21,926 bases of DNA. Source: Candidatus Zixiibacteriota bacterium (GTDB taxonomy: Bacteria > Zixibacteria > MSB-5A5 > CAIYYT01). The position numbers were made by a program, and so were the translations under genes. The notes beneath the pieces were generated by a model. The model worked only from the letters and a program-made list of their open reading frames with translations. It was not told the DNA's origin and ran no database searches. Location: contig JBECKX010000097.1 of NCBI GenBank assembly GCA_040235515.1, positions 1-21,926 on the forward strand, read 5' to 3'. Within the stretch, counting starts at the first letter, position 1; every line of letters starts with the position of its first letter. Shown here one piece after another: positions 7,720 to 19,834 of this stretch.

Positions 7720-8862
7720 CTACACCCAATCCGGCAGCAGCGCCGTCGTAATCAAATCGGAGCGGAACATCCCCTGCGGGGTGAGGCGGATGCGTGAATC
7801 GGTGATCTCAATGTCACCATCGGCGGTAAGGGCATCGAGCAATTCGTTGCGGACCTCTAGAATATCAAAATCGTAACGATTCTTCAGAACCTCAAAATCT
7901 AATCCCTCTTTCATCCGCAACCGCAGCATGATTGTCTCGATCAGTCGCTTGCCATCATTCAACTGCTCAACATCCTGCGGCGGCAGATTCCCTTTCTCAA
8001 GCTTCTCAACATACTTCTTCAAATCAGGGTCGTTGCGATAACGAGTGTTATCTATTGTCCCGACTGCAGCCGGACCGAATGCATAGTAGTCGTCGCTGGT
8101 CCAGTAACTCAGATTGTGCCGGCACTCCCGTCCCGGTTTGGCAAAATTGGAGATCTCGTAATGCCTGTACCCGGCCTCTGCGAGCGTGTCAATTGCCCGA
8201 ACATAGCGATCAGCGACGGCATCATCTTCCGGCAACGCTACCTTCCTGCGTTCGACATCCCGCTGAAGCGGCACTCCGCCCTCGAGCATCAGAGAGTAGA
8301 ACGAAATATGATCCGGCTTCAGTTCAATCGCGCGCCGGAGATCATCCTGCTGCGATTCCTCTGACTCATCCGGTAAGCCATACATCAGGTCAAGCGACAG
8401 ATTCGCAAAACCCGCGTGGCGTGCCTCCCGCACCGCGCCACCAATCTGTGCTGCCTGATGGACACGCTTCAGCCGCGCCAGGTTGGCTTCCTGAAATGAC
8501 TGTGCTCCGATTGAGATGCGATTGAAGCCGAGCGCCCGAAGCAGTTCGAGTTTCCACGGCGTTGCCGACTCCGGATTCGCCTCGACAGTTTTTTCTGCGT
8601 CGGATGGCAGCTCAAAATAGCTCCTCAGCGTACTCATCAACTGCCGCCATGATTCCTCCGACAATACCGTCGGCGTCCCACCACCGACATAGAGTGAATC
8701 GAGGCGAGGATGCTCCCCCGCCTGCATTCGCAGCTCGACTTCTTTACAAATAGCTGCGATATAACGTTTCTCCCATTCCGGGTCGTGCAGGATCTTATAA
8801 AAATCGCAGTAGCTGCACAACTTGCGGCAGAACGGGACATGAATGTAGCAGGATAGGGCCAT
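7720..8862 (-). CDS. hemW: Radical SAM family heme chaperone HemW (HemN-like), 380 aa
   Basis: YIHVPFC..C.YCDF radical SAM motif right at the N-terminus, GGGTPT, EANP, NRISIGAQSF, DLMYGLP, YEISNF, and HN..YW (HemW-type). Start set at ATG 8862. Confidence 0.88.
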   Translation of the reverse strand: MALSCYIHVPFCRKLCSYCDFYKILHDPEWEKRYIAAICKEVELRMQAGEHPRLDSLYVGGGTPTVLSEESWRQLMSTLRSYFELPSDAEKTVEANPESATPWKLELLRALGFNRISIGAQSFQEANLARLKRVHQAAQIGGAVREARHAGFANLSLDLMYGLPDESEESQQDDLRRAIELKPDHISFYSLMLEGGVPLQRDVERRKVALPEDDAVADRYVRAIDTLAEAGYRHYEISNFAKPGRECRHNLSYWTSDDYYAFGPAAVGTIDNTRYRNDPDLKKYVEKLEKGNLPPQDVEQLNDGKRLIETIMLRLRMKEGLDFEVLKNRYDFDILEVRNELLDALTADGDIEITDSRIRLTPQGMFRSDLITTALLPDWV

Positions 8863-8871
8863 ACTATCCAA

Positions 8872-8901
8872 AAAATAGCACACGCAACGAGTCTATTACA
8901 A
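8872..8901 (-). promoter_or_regulatory. Putative sigma70 promoter for hemW
   Basis: TTGTAA-18 nt-TATTTT with an extended -10 (TGc). The -10 ends 9 nt before the ATG. Confidence 0.45.
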
Positions 8902-8963
8902 CAGATTTGTGTAGAAACTACTCGTGGGGAATGAATGAACCGGTCAGACCGGTCCCAAACCCC

Positions 8964-8992
8964 TTGAATTGAGATATCGATTTAGATAAGTT
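8964..8992 (+). promoter_or_regulatory. Putative sigma70 promoter for the glycosyltransferase gene
   Basis: TTGAAT-17 nt-TAAGTT. The -10 ends 9 nt before ATG 9002. Confidence 0.5.
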
Positions 8993-9001
8993 CAGATTCT
9001 T

Positions 9002-11176
9002 ATGGCGAAGAAGGCAAACTCCACGGAAGTCCCCCTGGACAAACGGCTGATCTGGTCCGGTATCATCATCGTGCTGGCTCTGGCGGTCCGTCTGGTGTTC
9101 CTGTTCAACACCAGCGAAAGCACCGTGTTCGGATTTCTCAGCTACGACCGTCTCTACTACGAACAGATCGCCCAGCAATTCCTCGCAGGACAGCCATTCG
9201 GACCGGAAATCCTGTTTAAGCCACAGCTTTATCCGCTCTATGTCGGAGTTGTGCTTCAGTTGCTCGGTCGGGACCTTTTCCTCCCGCTGCTGATACAGGG
9301 GTTCCTCGGCGCCTTCTCCTGCGCACTGGTTTTCCTGATCGCGCTCCGCTTCTATTCCCTTAAGATTTCTGCTACAGCAGGCATCATCACCGCGCTCTAT
9401 GGGACTCTGATATACTATTCCGGAGAGTTGTTGCCGGTGACGCTGCTGATTTTCCTCAATCTGTCGGTAATCTATCTTCTGCTTCGGTACAATGACACCC
9501 GCAATCTCTGGTACGCTTTCTTTGCCGGACTGAGCCTCGGTTTTGCCGTGGCTGCAGGGCCATCATCGCTGCTGCTACTGGCGGCTATTTTGGTCTGGAT
9601 CTTCCGTCGACGCTCAAAGAGAAAACTCCCGCGCGGCAAAGAGGCTGCGATCGTCCTGGTTGGGGTGATGCTGGTTTTCACACCCTTCTGGTTGCGAGCC
9701 CTCACCAATGGTGGAGAGGAGGTTCCCTACGCTACCCACATCGGGCTGACCCTGGCGGCGGGGAACAACATCGATGCCAGAGGCAACACCATCAATCTGC
9801 CGCGAACAATTGCACCAACCGGATTCGACTATGATGAAATGGTTGAATTGGCGCAGCGAGCAAACCTGGGAGAACGGCCGCTTGACCAGCTCGGTAGCCT
9901 CTGGACCGGACAGGCCATCGGCTTCGCGCTTCACACCCCCGGCAAATGGCTTCTACTCGAATTGCGCAAGCTTGGCTACATCTTTATGGGCTATGAGAAT
10001 TGGCGCCACAAGCCGCTTTACTACTTCTCATCTCATTCGGATCTTCTTGGCTTCCTCCTCTGGGACAACCTGATCTCGTTTCCGTTCGGGGTCATCCTCC
10101 CGCTGGCCCTGATTCTCCTGTTTGCTCCGCGCTCCGAGAAACCGGGGCAGGGGCTCCTGCTTGGCTATGCCGCCGTAGGTGTAATCGTGCTGCTGGCTTC
10201 CTATGTCGTAGAAGGGCAACGATTGATCTTCATCCCCCCGGTGATTATCTGGGCCGCTGCCGGCCTCTGGACCTTGATCGACAGCTACCGGGAGAAACAA
10301 TTCAAGCGATTCTATAAGTTGGCAGTTGTGTTCGTGGTGGCTCTTGGAGTCAGCAACGGTCTCACGGCAATTCCCGGACTCTCACCGCGTGTGATCGATG
10401 AAGCAGTCGGGGAGGTGTACATCGCCAACGCCCTGATCTCATTGGAGCAATACCCGGAAGCTGAACAGCGCTTGCAGCGGGCGCTCCGGTACGATTCGCG
10501 CTCGGCATCCGCTAACATGGCGCTGGCAACGATCTATTCCCGGCGGGGACAGATCGAGGAAGCGATGAAGAGTTACCGGCGGGCAAGCCACCTCTCTCCC
10601 GAAAGTCAGCTCCCCAAGCAGGCGATCGCGAACCTGCTGCAGCAAATGAACAAGCTCGAAGAGCTGAACCACTACATTGTAGGGATCATCCGCGAAAACC
10701 CGAAAGAAAACTGGGCGCAGCAGTTCTATGCAGATATGCATGCGCGGATCGGTGAATATATGCAGGCTGCCGATATTCTGGAGCGGGCCTACCAGGCGGA
10801 TTCAACCTACTTTGACGCGATCCTGTTGAAGGCAAACGTCTACATTCAGGCCGATATGCGTGTGGAAGCTGAGAAGGAATTGAATCGTTTTCTGGAGTTC
10901 ATGCCGAACTCGATTGAAGCCCACGCGAATCTTGGTCAGGTCTATGCCCGGCAGCAGCGCTATGATCTGGCACTTAAACAATTCACGGCTGCGCGCGATG
11001 CGCAACCGTGGAATCCTGCGGCGTATTTCAACCTGGCGACCCTGAGTTATCAAATGGGCCAATTCAACCGTGCGCACGCTTATCTCGATACCGTCCTGAT
11101 CATCAATCCTGACTTTCCCAGCGTGGATGTGATGCGTGCGAAGATCGATTCCACTCAGGCGGCTTTTAAGAACTAG
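9002..11176 (+). CDS. Polytopic membrane glycosyltransferase (GT-C, PMT_2/ArnT-like) fused to C-terminal TPR repeats, 724 aa
   Basis: About 11-13 hydrophobic segments; first-loop 'D..YY...A' and 'F.P.LYP' motifs; C-terminal about 250 aa of TPRs (e.g. EAHANLGQVYARQQRYDLA..QF..A....P, AAYFNLATL). Confidence 0.75.
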   Translation: MAKKANSTEVPLDKRLIWSGIIIVLALAVRLVFLFNTSESTVFGFLSYDRLYYEQIAQQFLAGQPFGPEILFKPQLYPLYVGVVLQLLGRDLFLPLLIQGFLGAFSCALVFLIALRFYSLKISATAGIITALYGTLIYYSGELLPVTLLIFLNLSVIYLLLRYNDTRNLWYAFFAGLSLGFAVAAGPSSLLLLAAILVWIFRRRSKRKLPRGKEAAIVLVGVMLVFTPFWLRALTNGGEEVPYATHIGLTLAAGNNIDARGNTINLPRTIAPTGFDYDEMVELAQRANLGERPLDQLGSLWTGQAIGFALHTPGKWLLLELRKLGYIFMGYENWRHKPLYYFSSHSDLLGFLLWDNLISFPFGVILPLALILLFAPRSEKPGQGLLLGYAAVGVIVLLASYVVEGQRLIFIPPVIIWAAAGLWTLIDSYREKQFKRFYKLAVVFVVALGVSNGLTAIPGLSPRVIDEAVGEVYIANALISLEQYPEAEQRLQRALRYDSRSASANMALATIYSRRGQIEEAMKSYRRASHLSPESQLPKQAIANLLQQMNKLEELNHYIVGIIRENPKENWAQQFYADMHARIGEYMQAADILERAYQADSTYFDAILLKANVYIQADMRVEAEKELNRFLEFMPNSIEAHANLGQVYARQQRYDLALKQFTAARDAQPWNPAAYFNLATLSYQMGQFNRAHAYLDTVLIINPDFPSVDVMRAKIDSTQAAFKN

Positions 11177-11191
11177 GCAGTTAATCCATCA

Positions 11192-13204
11192 CTACTGACA
11201 ACTACCACAAGGCGGCGGTCCGCCTCCGAAAATGTAGTTAATCAGAAACACAGCGTCGCCGATCGAGATCGAGCCGCTGCAATCGGCATCCCCGCTCAGC
11301 AGCGGACTTGGCGCCGGACCTCCCCCAAAGATGTAGTTGATCAGGAAAACAGCATCGCCGATACTGATCGCCGAACTACCATCGGAATCCCCAGCAACGT
11401 ACGGGGTACCGCCATCATGGCGCAGGAAATTCACCCCACCATACTCCTCACCCGCGAATATATCGAGATCACCGTCTGAATCGATGTCGGCAAAGCTGAG
11501 CGCAGGTCGCGCGCCAACATCACCACCCGGGATGATATCGGGCTGTTCGAGCAGCGTGGTGGAATCAGGGAAACTCGACGCACCGGCATCGTTTCTGAAC
11601 CAGGTCGCAGAAACATCACGTTTACCGACCAGCAAATCGTAGTCACCATCATTATCCCAGTCAATCGCCGTTGGAATCGTGAAGTCACGTTGTTCGATCT
11701 TGATCAGCTTGTTGGTAACCAGAGTAAGTGTGGGCGAACCGGCACTCCCGGTATTCTCGTAGAGAAGTATGTTTGCTTTGCTGTTAAAATCCCACTCGCC
11801 AACTACCAGGTCAAGTAGCCCATCACCATTCAAGTCGACCGGTGCCGGCACCGCGAGCTGATCGGTCTTTATCCCTGCCAGCTGGTTGGTTTCCTGGATC
11901 CCTACAAATGCGCACGCATCGCCATCATTGCGCCAATACTCGATTCTACCCAGCTCGGTGCCGATCAAAAGATCCGGATCGCCATCGGAATCCCAATCCA
12001 CCACCGCCGGAATCGCCGTCAGGCCGACATCGATCCCGCCGAACATATCAGACACCAGCTCGAACACCGGGTCGGTTCGTGTGCCGATATTCTCGAAATA
12101 CTTGATTGTCCCATCCCCGGCGCCAACCAGCAAGTCGTAGTCGGAGTCTCCGTCCATGTCAGCCACGGCAGGAAATGTGCTGCGCCCGAAATCAAGCTGA
12201 TCGATCAGGTTCTGGGTTTCCTCAACGAATGTCGCGGCGGTTGCGTTTCCCGTATTCCTCAGAAGCCGCAGGTTGTTGATGTTTTGCCCGTTCGCCGCGC
12301 CAAGGATCATATCGAAGTCGCCATCAGCATCAATGTCCGCCATCGGCACATGATTGTGGCCGAATGTCTCGATGGGCAGATATGTCTCAGACACATAGCC
12401 CAGGTCTGACGTCGCCGCACTACCATCATTCTGAAAGTAGTAGAGATTGGTATTGAAGAGATCGCCCCAGAATAGGTCGAGGTCGTTATCATTGTCGATA
12501 TCACTGAAGTAGATCGCGCTGAAACCATGATGTGGTTCTGCGGGCTTGCCGAGCCCGCTGCCACCTCCCGGAAACGCGAGTATGCTGTCATAGGCTGACG
12601 AGATCAGGCTGAAGCTGGCATTCACAGAATCACCGTCATTGCGATAGAAGACCAGTCGGCCGTTGGTGTCACCGATGAAGAAATCAAGATCGGCGTCGCC
12701 ATCGATATCTGCGAACGCAGGAGTATTATTGACACCGGTAGCAAAGCCGGCATACGCAGTATCGATCTCCACGAAGGTAATCGTTGGCCCTACCGATTCA
12801 TTGCGATAGTAGATCACGCCGTTACTGAGATTGTCGCAGAACAGATCAAGGTCGCCGTCGCCGTCAATATCTGCCAGTAGATGCCATTTGCCGATGTTCA
12901 GCCCGGCAAACCTGTCGGTCATAACCTGCCAGTCAGGAACCATCGCCGTACCTGTGTTTCGCAGATAGTTGAGCTTCCCGGTGTCCTCGCCGATGAACAG
13001 ATCGACCAGCCCGTCACCATCAAAATCATGCAACGAAGGCTTTGGGCTGTTGAGGCCGCCCAGAAATGGAATCGCCAAAGTGTCGCCATCCACGATCACC
13101 GGGAAAGGGGCGAACTCCTGCGTGTACTGCGCTAACAGAAGCGTTGGAAAGAGGAGAAACACCGCTGGAATCAGTATCAGAATCGAGATCGTTGTCTTGC
13201 TCAT
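11192..13204 (-). CDS. Secreted FG-GAP/VCBS repeat beta-propeller protein with C-terminal dockerin-like domain, 670 aa
   Basis: Signal peptide MSKTTISILILIPAVFLLFPTLLLA-Q from ATG 13204; about 10 'D.DGDGD.DL..G...G...Y..N.G' repeats; C-terminal duplicated GDxDxS.xISIGDAVFLINYIFGGGP.P. Confidence 0.85.
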   Translation of the reverse strand: MSKTTISILILIPAVFLLFPTLLLAQYTQEFAPFPVIVDGDTLAIPFLGGLNSPKPSLHDFDGDGLVDLFIGEDTGKLNYLRNTGTAMVPDWQVMTDRFAGLNIGKWHLLADIDGDGDLDLFCDNLSNGVIYYRNESVGPTITFVEIDTAYAGFATGVNNTPAFADIDGDADLDFFIGDTNGRLVFYRNDGDSVNASFSLISSAYDSILAFPGGGSGLGKPAEPHHGFSAIYFSDIDNDNDLDLFWGDLFNTNLYYFQNDGSAATSDLGYVSETYLPIETFGHNHVPMADIDADGDFDMILGAANGQNINNLRLLRNTGNATAATFVEETQNLIDQLDFGRSTFPAVADMDGDSDYDLLVGAGDGTIKYFENIGTRTDPVFELVSDMFGGIDVGLTAIPAVVDWDSDGDPDLLIGTELGRIEYWRNDGDACAFVGIQETNQLAGIKTDQLAVPAPVDLNGDGLLDLVVGEWDFNSKANILLYENTGSAGSPTLTLVTNKLIKIEQRDFTIPTAIDWDNDGDYDLLVGKRDVSATWFRNDAGASSFPDSTTLLEQPDIIPGGDVGARPALSFADIDSDGDLDIFAGEEYGGVNFLRHDGGTPYVAGDSDGSSAISIGDAVFLINYIFGGGPAPSPLLSGDADCSGSISIGDAVFLINYIFGGGPPPCGSCQ

Positions 13205-13389
13205 TTGCTCGGTATCCAATCGTAGTGTGGCCGGATCCTCCTCGCGCCGACTGGCGCCGGTCCCGGGAGCTGGAGTGATCGCTGACCTTATTGTTGTAGC
13301 ATCGGTCGAAAGTAGAACTCGCGTAAGCTTGCTTTTTGTCCATGAGACACGCGTGCCAGGAGTGAGGCTGGCGGAAAAATCGCGAGTGA

Positions 13390-15667
<2,278 letters not shown>

Positions 15668-15680
15668 TAAGGATTTGAGT

Positions 15681-15941
15681 TTGGTCACCAAAACGGTTAA
15701 AATTACGAATAAATTGGGGCTGCACGCTCGACCCTCCGCCAAGGTGGTCCAGACTGCCAGCCAATTCCAGTCAGATATTATGCTGGAAAAGGAAGGCCTG
15801 GAGGTGAATGGCAAATCGATCATGGGGGTCATGATGCTCGCTGCCGAAGCGGGCTCGGAAGTAACCGTAAAGGCGACCGGAAGTGATGAGGAGGAGGCAG
15901 CAGACGCCCTCGCAAAGCTACTCAGTTCGAAATTTGACTGA
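15681..15941 (+). CDS. ptsH: PTS phosphocarrier protein HPr, 86 aa
   Basis: A TTG start at 15681 after AAGGA puts the His of GLHARP at position 15. The regulatory Ser motif NGKSIMGVMML is present. Confidence 0.95.
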   Translation: MVTKTVKITNKLGLHARPSAKVVQTASQFQSDIMLEKEGLEVNGKSIMGVMMLAAEAGSEVTVKATGSDEEEAADALAKLLSSKFD

Positions 15942-16076
15942 TGACAAATATCTCTATCTATACCGCGCCACAGGTGTGCACCCAAATAGTCGTCAGATTC
16001 CGTTCCTGCCAAGACCAGTCGCCTCACTCAGAATGATTTTTTTCCGTAACTGGATTGTAAGAATTGTAAGACCAGT

Positions 16077-17867
16077 ATGACTTCAGCAGCTGCCAGGACA
16101 AAATCTTCCCATCCGCGCGAAATCCGACTCCGCGGTGCGATAGCCTCTCCCGGAATAGCCATAGCCAGGTGCTTCAAACACGACGTCGGAATCCGCATTG
16201 TGGAAAAACGGAAAATCAGTGCAGATGCTGTCGAGGGAGAAATTCAGCGGCTGCGTGACGCGATGTTGAGCGCCCGAGAGGAAATCCGGCAGATTCAGTT
16301 TGAAGCGGATCGCGTTGTGGGAGACGCGATGGCGAAGATTTTCGAAGCGCAATTGATGATCCTCGACGATGAGACCTTCATCAACTCCGTCGCCGTTGAA
16401 ATTGCCAGGCAGAAGCTCAACGCCGAATTCGTCTATCAACGTCAGATCCAGCGAAACCTCAAGTCGCTGCGAAAATCGAACGACTCGTATCTCAAAGAGA
16501 TGGCGAACGATATCAACGCCACCGCAGCAAAAGTCTTCGGCTTTCTGGTAGGACGACACAGCAACAAACTGGTCAATAACAAGAACAAGATCGCCCTGGC
16601 GGAGGAGTTCTCCCCCGGCGAGATCGTGTTGATCAACAAGTATGGGATTCCCGGCTATGCCACGCAGGTGGGGGGATCAACATCCCACATGGCCCTCATC
16701 GCCAAATCATTGTCGATTCCCGCCGTTGTCGGCGTTTCTGGATTGCTGGAACGGTGCCCCGATGGCGCGACCGTGATCGTTGACGGCAATCGCGGTGAAG
16801 TGATCGTCCATCCAAGCGAGGAGACCCTCTCTGAGTACAAAGCGGAGAGGCGCAAGCGCCGTTCATATCTCTCGAAAGAATTGCAGGGGCTTGGTAAACT
16901 CGAGCACACGACGAAAGATGGTACCGAAGTCGAGATACTCGCCAATCTGGAGATCCCGACAGACGTCGATCAATCACTCGCTTCGGGAAATATCGGTGTC
17001 GGCCTGTATCGCACCGAGTTCTTCTACCTGGCCAGCATGAAATTTCCGAGTGAAGCGGATCAGACCAGGATTTATTCGGAGATCGCACGCACCTTCTTCC
17101 CGAATCCGGTCACGATGCGCACGTTCGATCTCGGCTCCGACAAGACTACCGGTGAGTATCACCAGATCGATGAGGATAACCCCGCAATGGGTTGGCGCGG
17201 AATCAGATTCCACCTCGATTTGCCCCGGGTCTTCCGCACACAGATCAAGGCACTGCTGCGAGCCAGTGAATTTCGCAATATTCGTATCATGCTGCCGATG
17301 GTCTCTTCGCCGTCAGAACTCGCTAAGGCAAGACGGATCATCAATTCCGTCAAGCGTGAATTGAAGGCGGAGAAAATCAAGTACGATCCTGATATCGAGG
17401 TCGGAATTATGGTGGAAGTACCGGCGACTGCGATCATGGCTGAGTCGCTGGCTCGGCACGCCGACTTCTTCTCGGTTGGCACCAACGACCTGATCCAGTA
17501 CGCCCTAGCCGTCGATCGCGGCAACAAGAAAGTCGCCAAACTCTATCGCGAGTATCATCCCGGCGTATTGCGTTTGGTCGACATGACCATCAAGGCAGGC
17601 ATCAAAACCGGTACACCCGTGTCGCTCTGTGGCGAGATGGCCGGCAAATCGCTCTCGGTGCCATTGCTGCTCGGCATGGGGCTGCGCAGTTTTTCGGTGA
17701 CCCCGCCGCGGGTACCCAGTCTGATCAAGATCATCAACAGACTCGACATCTCTGCCTGCGAGGAGCTAACCGCGCGCGTCTCAGAGTTGGCTACCGCCGA
17801 AAAAATCGAAGCACTTCTGCTCGATTGGTTTACCAGGAACGTGGGCGAGAAGTACCTGGAGGGTTAA
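16077..17867 (+). CDS. ptsI: Phosphoenolpyruvate-protein phosphotransferase (PTS enzyme I), 596 aa
   Basis: G..ASPGIA, phospho-His TSH, GVGLYRTEF, RTFDLG.DK, NP.MGWRGIR, MVEVPA, SVGTNDL.QY and LCGEMAG. There is no N-terminal GAF domain. Confidence 0.95.
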   Translation: MTSAAARTKSSHPREIRLRGAIASPGIAIARCFKHDVGIRIVEKRKISADAVEGEIQRLRDAMLSAREEIRQIQFEADRVVGDAMAKIFEAQLMILDDETFINSVAVEIARQKLNAEFVYQRQIQRNLKSLRKSNDSYLKEMANDINATAAKVFGFLVGRHSNKLVNNKNKIALAEEFSPGEIVLINKYGIPGYATQVGGSTSHMALIAKSLSIPAVVGVSGLLERCPDGATVIVDGNRGEVIVHPSEETLSEYKAERRKRRSYLSKELQGLGKLEHTTKDGTEVEILANLEIPTDVDQSLASGNIGVGLYRTEFFYLASMKFPSEADQTRIYSEIARTFFPNPVTMRTFDLGSDKTTGEYHQIDEDNPAMGWRGIRFHLDLPRVFRTQIKALLRASEFRNIRIMLPMVSSPSELAKARRIINSVKRELKAEKIKYDPDIEVGIMVEVPATAIMAESLARHADFFSVGTNDLIQYALAVDRGNKKVAKLYREYHPGVLRLVDMTIKAGIKTGTPVSLCGEMAGKSLSVPLLLGMGLRSFSVTPPRVPSLIKIINRLDISACEELTARVSELATAEKIEALLLDWFTRNVGEKYLEG

Positions 17868-18929
17868 ATGCCGATCACTGTTGCAGCTATGAAACGAATC
17901 GATCCCGATGATATGTATGGTAAAATCGTCAATTTCCCGAAGCAGTTTCGCGATGGCTTCGATTTAGCTGTCAGCGGCGATCTGTCACAATTGAAGCGTT
18001 CTCGTTTCGACAGCATCGTGGTGCTCGGAATGGGGGGGTCGGCGATCGGCGGCGATATCCTGCGCTCCTATCTCGCAGATGAGGTGTCGATCCCGATTAT
18101 CATCAACCGCAACTATGGCTTGCCGAAGTTCGTGTCGGAGAACACGCTGGTAATCGCATCATCATATTCGGGCAACACCGAAGAGACTCTCTCCGCATTC
18201 GCTGAAGCAAAGGCACGCAACGCAAAGATTTTCGTCGCCAGCACCGGCGGCAAACTGGGTGAACTTGCCAGATCCGGCGGTTTGCCTCACGTAATCCTCC
18301 CTGCCGGCCTGCAGCCGCGCGCCGCGCTCGGTTACTCATTCGGCCCGCTGCTCAACCTGATGGCGAAGCTGGAGTTGTGTGCCGACCAGGCGCAGATCGT
18401 CGATCAAGCGACTCACTTTCTGCAGGAGCGCTCACCGAAGCTCGTGATCGAAAACGACTCAGACAATGCTGCCAGAGAGTTGGCGGAAAAGTTGAAAGAG
18501 AAGATCGCCATCATCTATGCCGGTGCCGACTGCTACGATACGATCGCAGTCCGCTTCAAGGGTCAAATCTGCGAGAACGCCAAGCACCTCGCCTTCGCCA
18601 ATATCTGTCCGGAGTTCAACCATAACGAGATTGTCGGCTATGAATATCCCGAAGAGTTGCTGAAGAAGTTGCACGTCGTGTTTCTTGCCGGTCCGGCTGA
18701 TTCTGTCGGGGTAACCAACAGATTCAAGATCATCAATGAGATTCTCAGCGAACGCGGAGTGCCGGCAACAACGATCCGCGCCGAGGGCCCAAATCGCCTC
18801 GCTGAGATATTCTCACTTGTCCAATTCGGGGATTTTACCAGTTATTATCTGGCATTGCTGAACGAAACCGATCCGTCGCCCGTAGAAGTTATCAACCGAC
18901 TAAGATCCTCATTGGAGAAAATGAAGTGA
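17868..18929 (+). CDS. Bifunctional phosphoglucose/phosphomannose isomerase (SIS-domain PGI/PMI), 353 aa
   Basis: GMGGSAIGG, SYSGNTEET, QPRAA, Q..ENAK, PE.NHNE and C-terminal S.YLA.L...DP.PV..I motifs. Confidence 0.9.
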   Translation: MPITVAAMKRIDPDDMYGKIVNFPKQFRDGFDLAVSGDLSQLKRSRFDSIVVLGMGGSAIGGDILRSYLADEVSIPIIINRNYGLPKFVSENTLVIASSYSGNTEETLSAFAEAKARNAKIFVASTGGKLGELARSGGLPHVILPAGLQPRAALGYSFGPLLNLMAKLELCADQAQIVDQATHFLQERSPKLVIENDSDNAARELAEKLKEKIAIIYAGADCYDTIAVRFKGQICENAKHLAFANICPEFNHNEIVGYEYPEELLKKLHVVFLAGPADSVGVTNRFKIINEILSERGVPATTIRAEGPNRLAEIFSLVQFGDFTSYYLALLNETDPSPVEVINRLRSSLEKMK

Positions 18930-19819
18930 TTCGACGTGCCGCTGCAGCGGTAGTGCCCATACTCGTCCTGATACTGGTGGTAGCCGTCCTGTCCGTCGAC
19001 GCCTTCGCGCAGACCTCGCCCGACGCCGCCGACACCGGTTGGTTTCTGACCAAGCGCACCAATGCACTGGTGATCCTGTTGTTGTTTTCTGCGGCAATCG
19101 TCTACTACACACGTCGTGCCCGCAAAGGAGACAAGCTCTTCGTCCGCAAGATCGCCGGCCTCGAAGCTGTTGAGGAGGCAGTCGGCCGCGCCACGGAGAT
19201 GGGACGCCCGGTCCTGTTCATTCCCGGCATCGATGAGATCGACCGGATCGATACACTCGCGGGCCTTTCGATTCTGGGACGGGTTGCAAGAATCACCGCT
19301 CGCTATGAATCCCCCCTTTACGTGCCGGTGCGTTACCCGATGGTGCTGGCCGCGGCATCGGAAGTGGTACAGCAGTCCTACTCCGTCGAAGGGAAACTGG
19401 AATCGCACAATCAGGATATGGTGCGCTATGTCGCGGGCGAGCAGTTCGCATTTACAGCCACCGTCAACGGCTACATGATGCGCGAACGTCCGGCAGCCAA
19501 CATCTACATGGGTGCGTTCTTCGCCGAATCACTCCTGCTGGCAGAAACCGGTAACGCCGCCGGCTCGATTCAGATCGCCGGTACCGCTCAACCGGAACAG
19601 CTACCCTTCTTCATAGCGGCGTGCGACTATACGCTGATGGGGGAGGAATTATTCGCTGCCTCAGCCTATCTTTCGCACGAGCCGATCATGCTCGGCGGGT
19701 TGAAAGGGCAGGACCTGATCAAGGTGCTCATAGTCATCGCAATCGTACTCGGCGCTATTCTGGTAACTTCCAACGGTAGTGCCGGCAACTGGATATCAAA
19801 CCTCTTCGAGATTCGCTAG
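18926..19819 (+). CDS. Uncharacterised membrane protein, DUF6754-like, 297 aa
   Basis: GTGA overlap with the pgi/pmi stop; signal-like N-terminus (..AFA-Q), a TM helix, a soluble domain (R.IAGLEA.EEAVGRATEMGRP; G.F.AESL.LAE.G...G.IQIAGT; QLPFF..ACDY.L.GEE.FAA.AY), and a C-terminal TM helix. The family name is recalled from motifs, not from a search. Confidence 0.7.
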   Translation: MIRRAAAAVVPILVLILVVAVLSVDAFAQTSPDAADTGWFLTKRTNALVILLLFSAAIVYYTRRARKGDKLFVRKIAGLEAVEEAVGRATEMGRPVLFIPGIDEIDRIDTLAGLSILGRVARITARYESPLYVPVRYPMVLAAASEVVQQSYSVEGKLESHNQDMVRYVAGEQFAFTATVNGYMMRERPAANIYMGAFFAESLLLAETGNAAGSIQIAGTAQPEQLPFFIAACDYTLMGEELFAASAYLSHEPIMLGGLKGQDLIKVLIVIAIVLGAILVTSNGSAGNWISNLFEIR

Positions 19820-19834
19820 AGCAAAATTCGCCTG

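Noticed and set aside
7720..8862. True coproporphyrinogen dehydrogenase HemN
   Set aside because: It lacks the N-terminal PRYTSYP extension and has HemW-type length and the HN..YW motif.
13340..13360. Sigma54 promoter (minus-strand TGGCAC)
   Set aside because: There is no TTGC at the -12 position.
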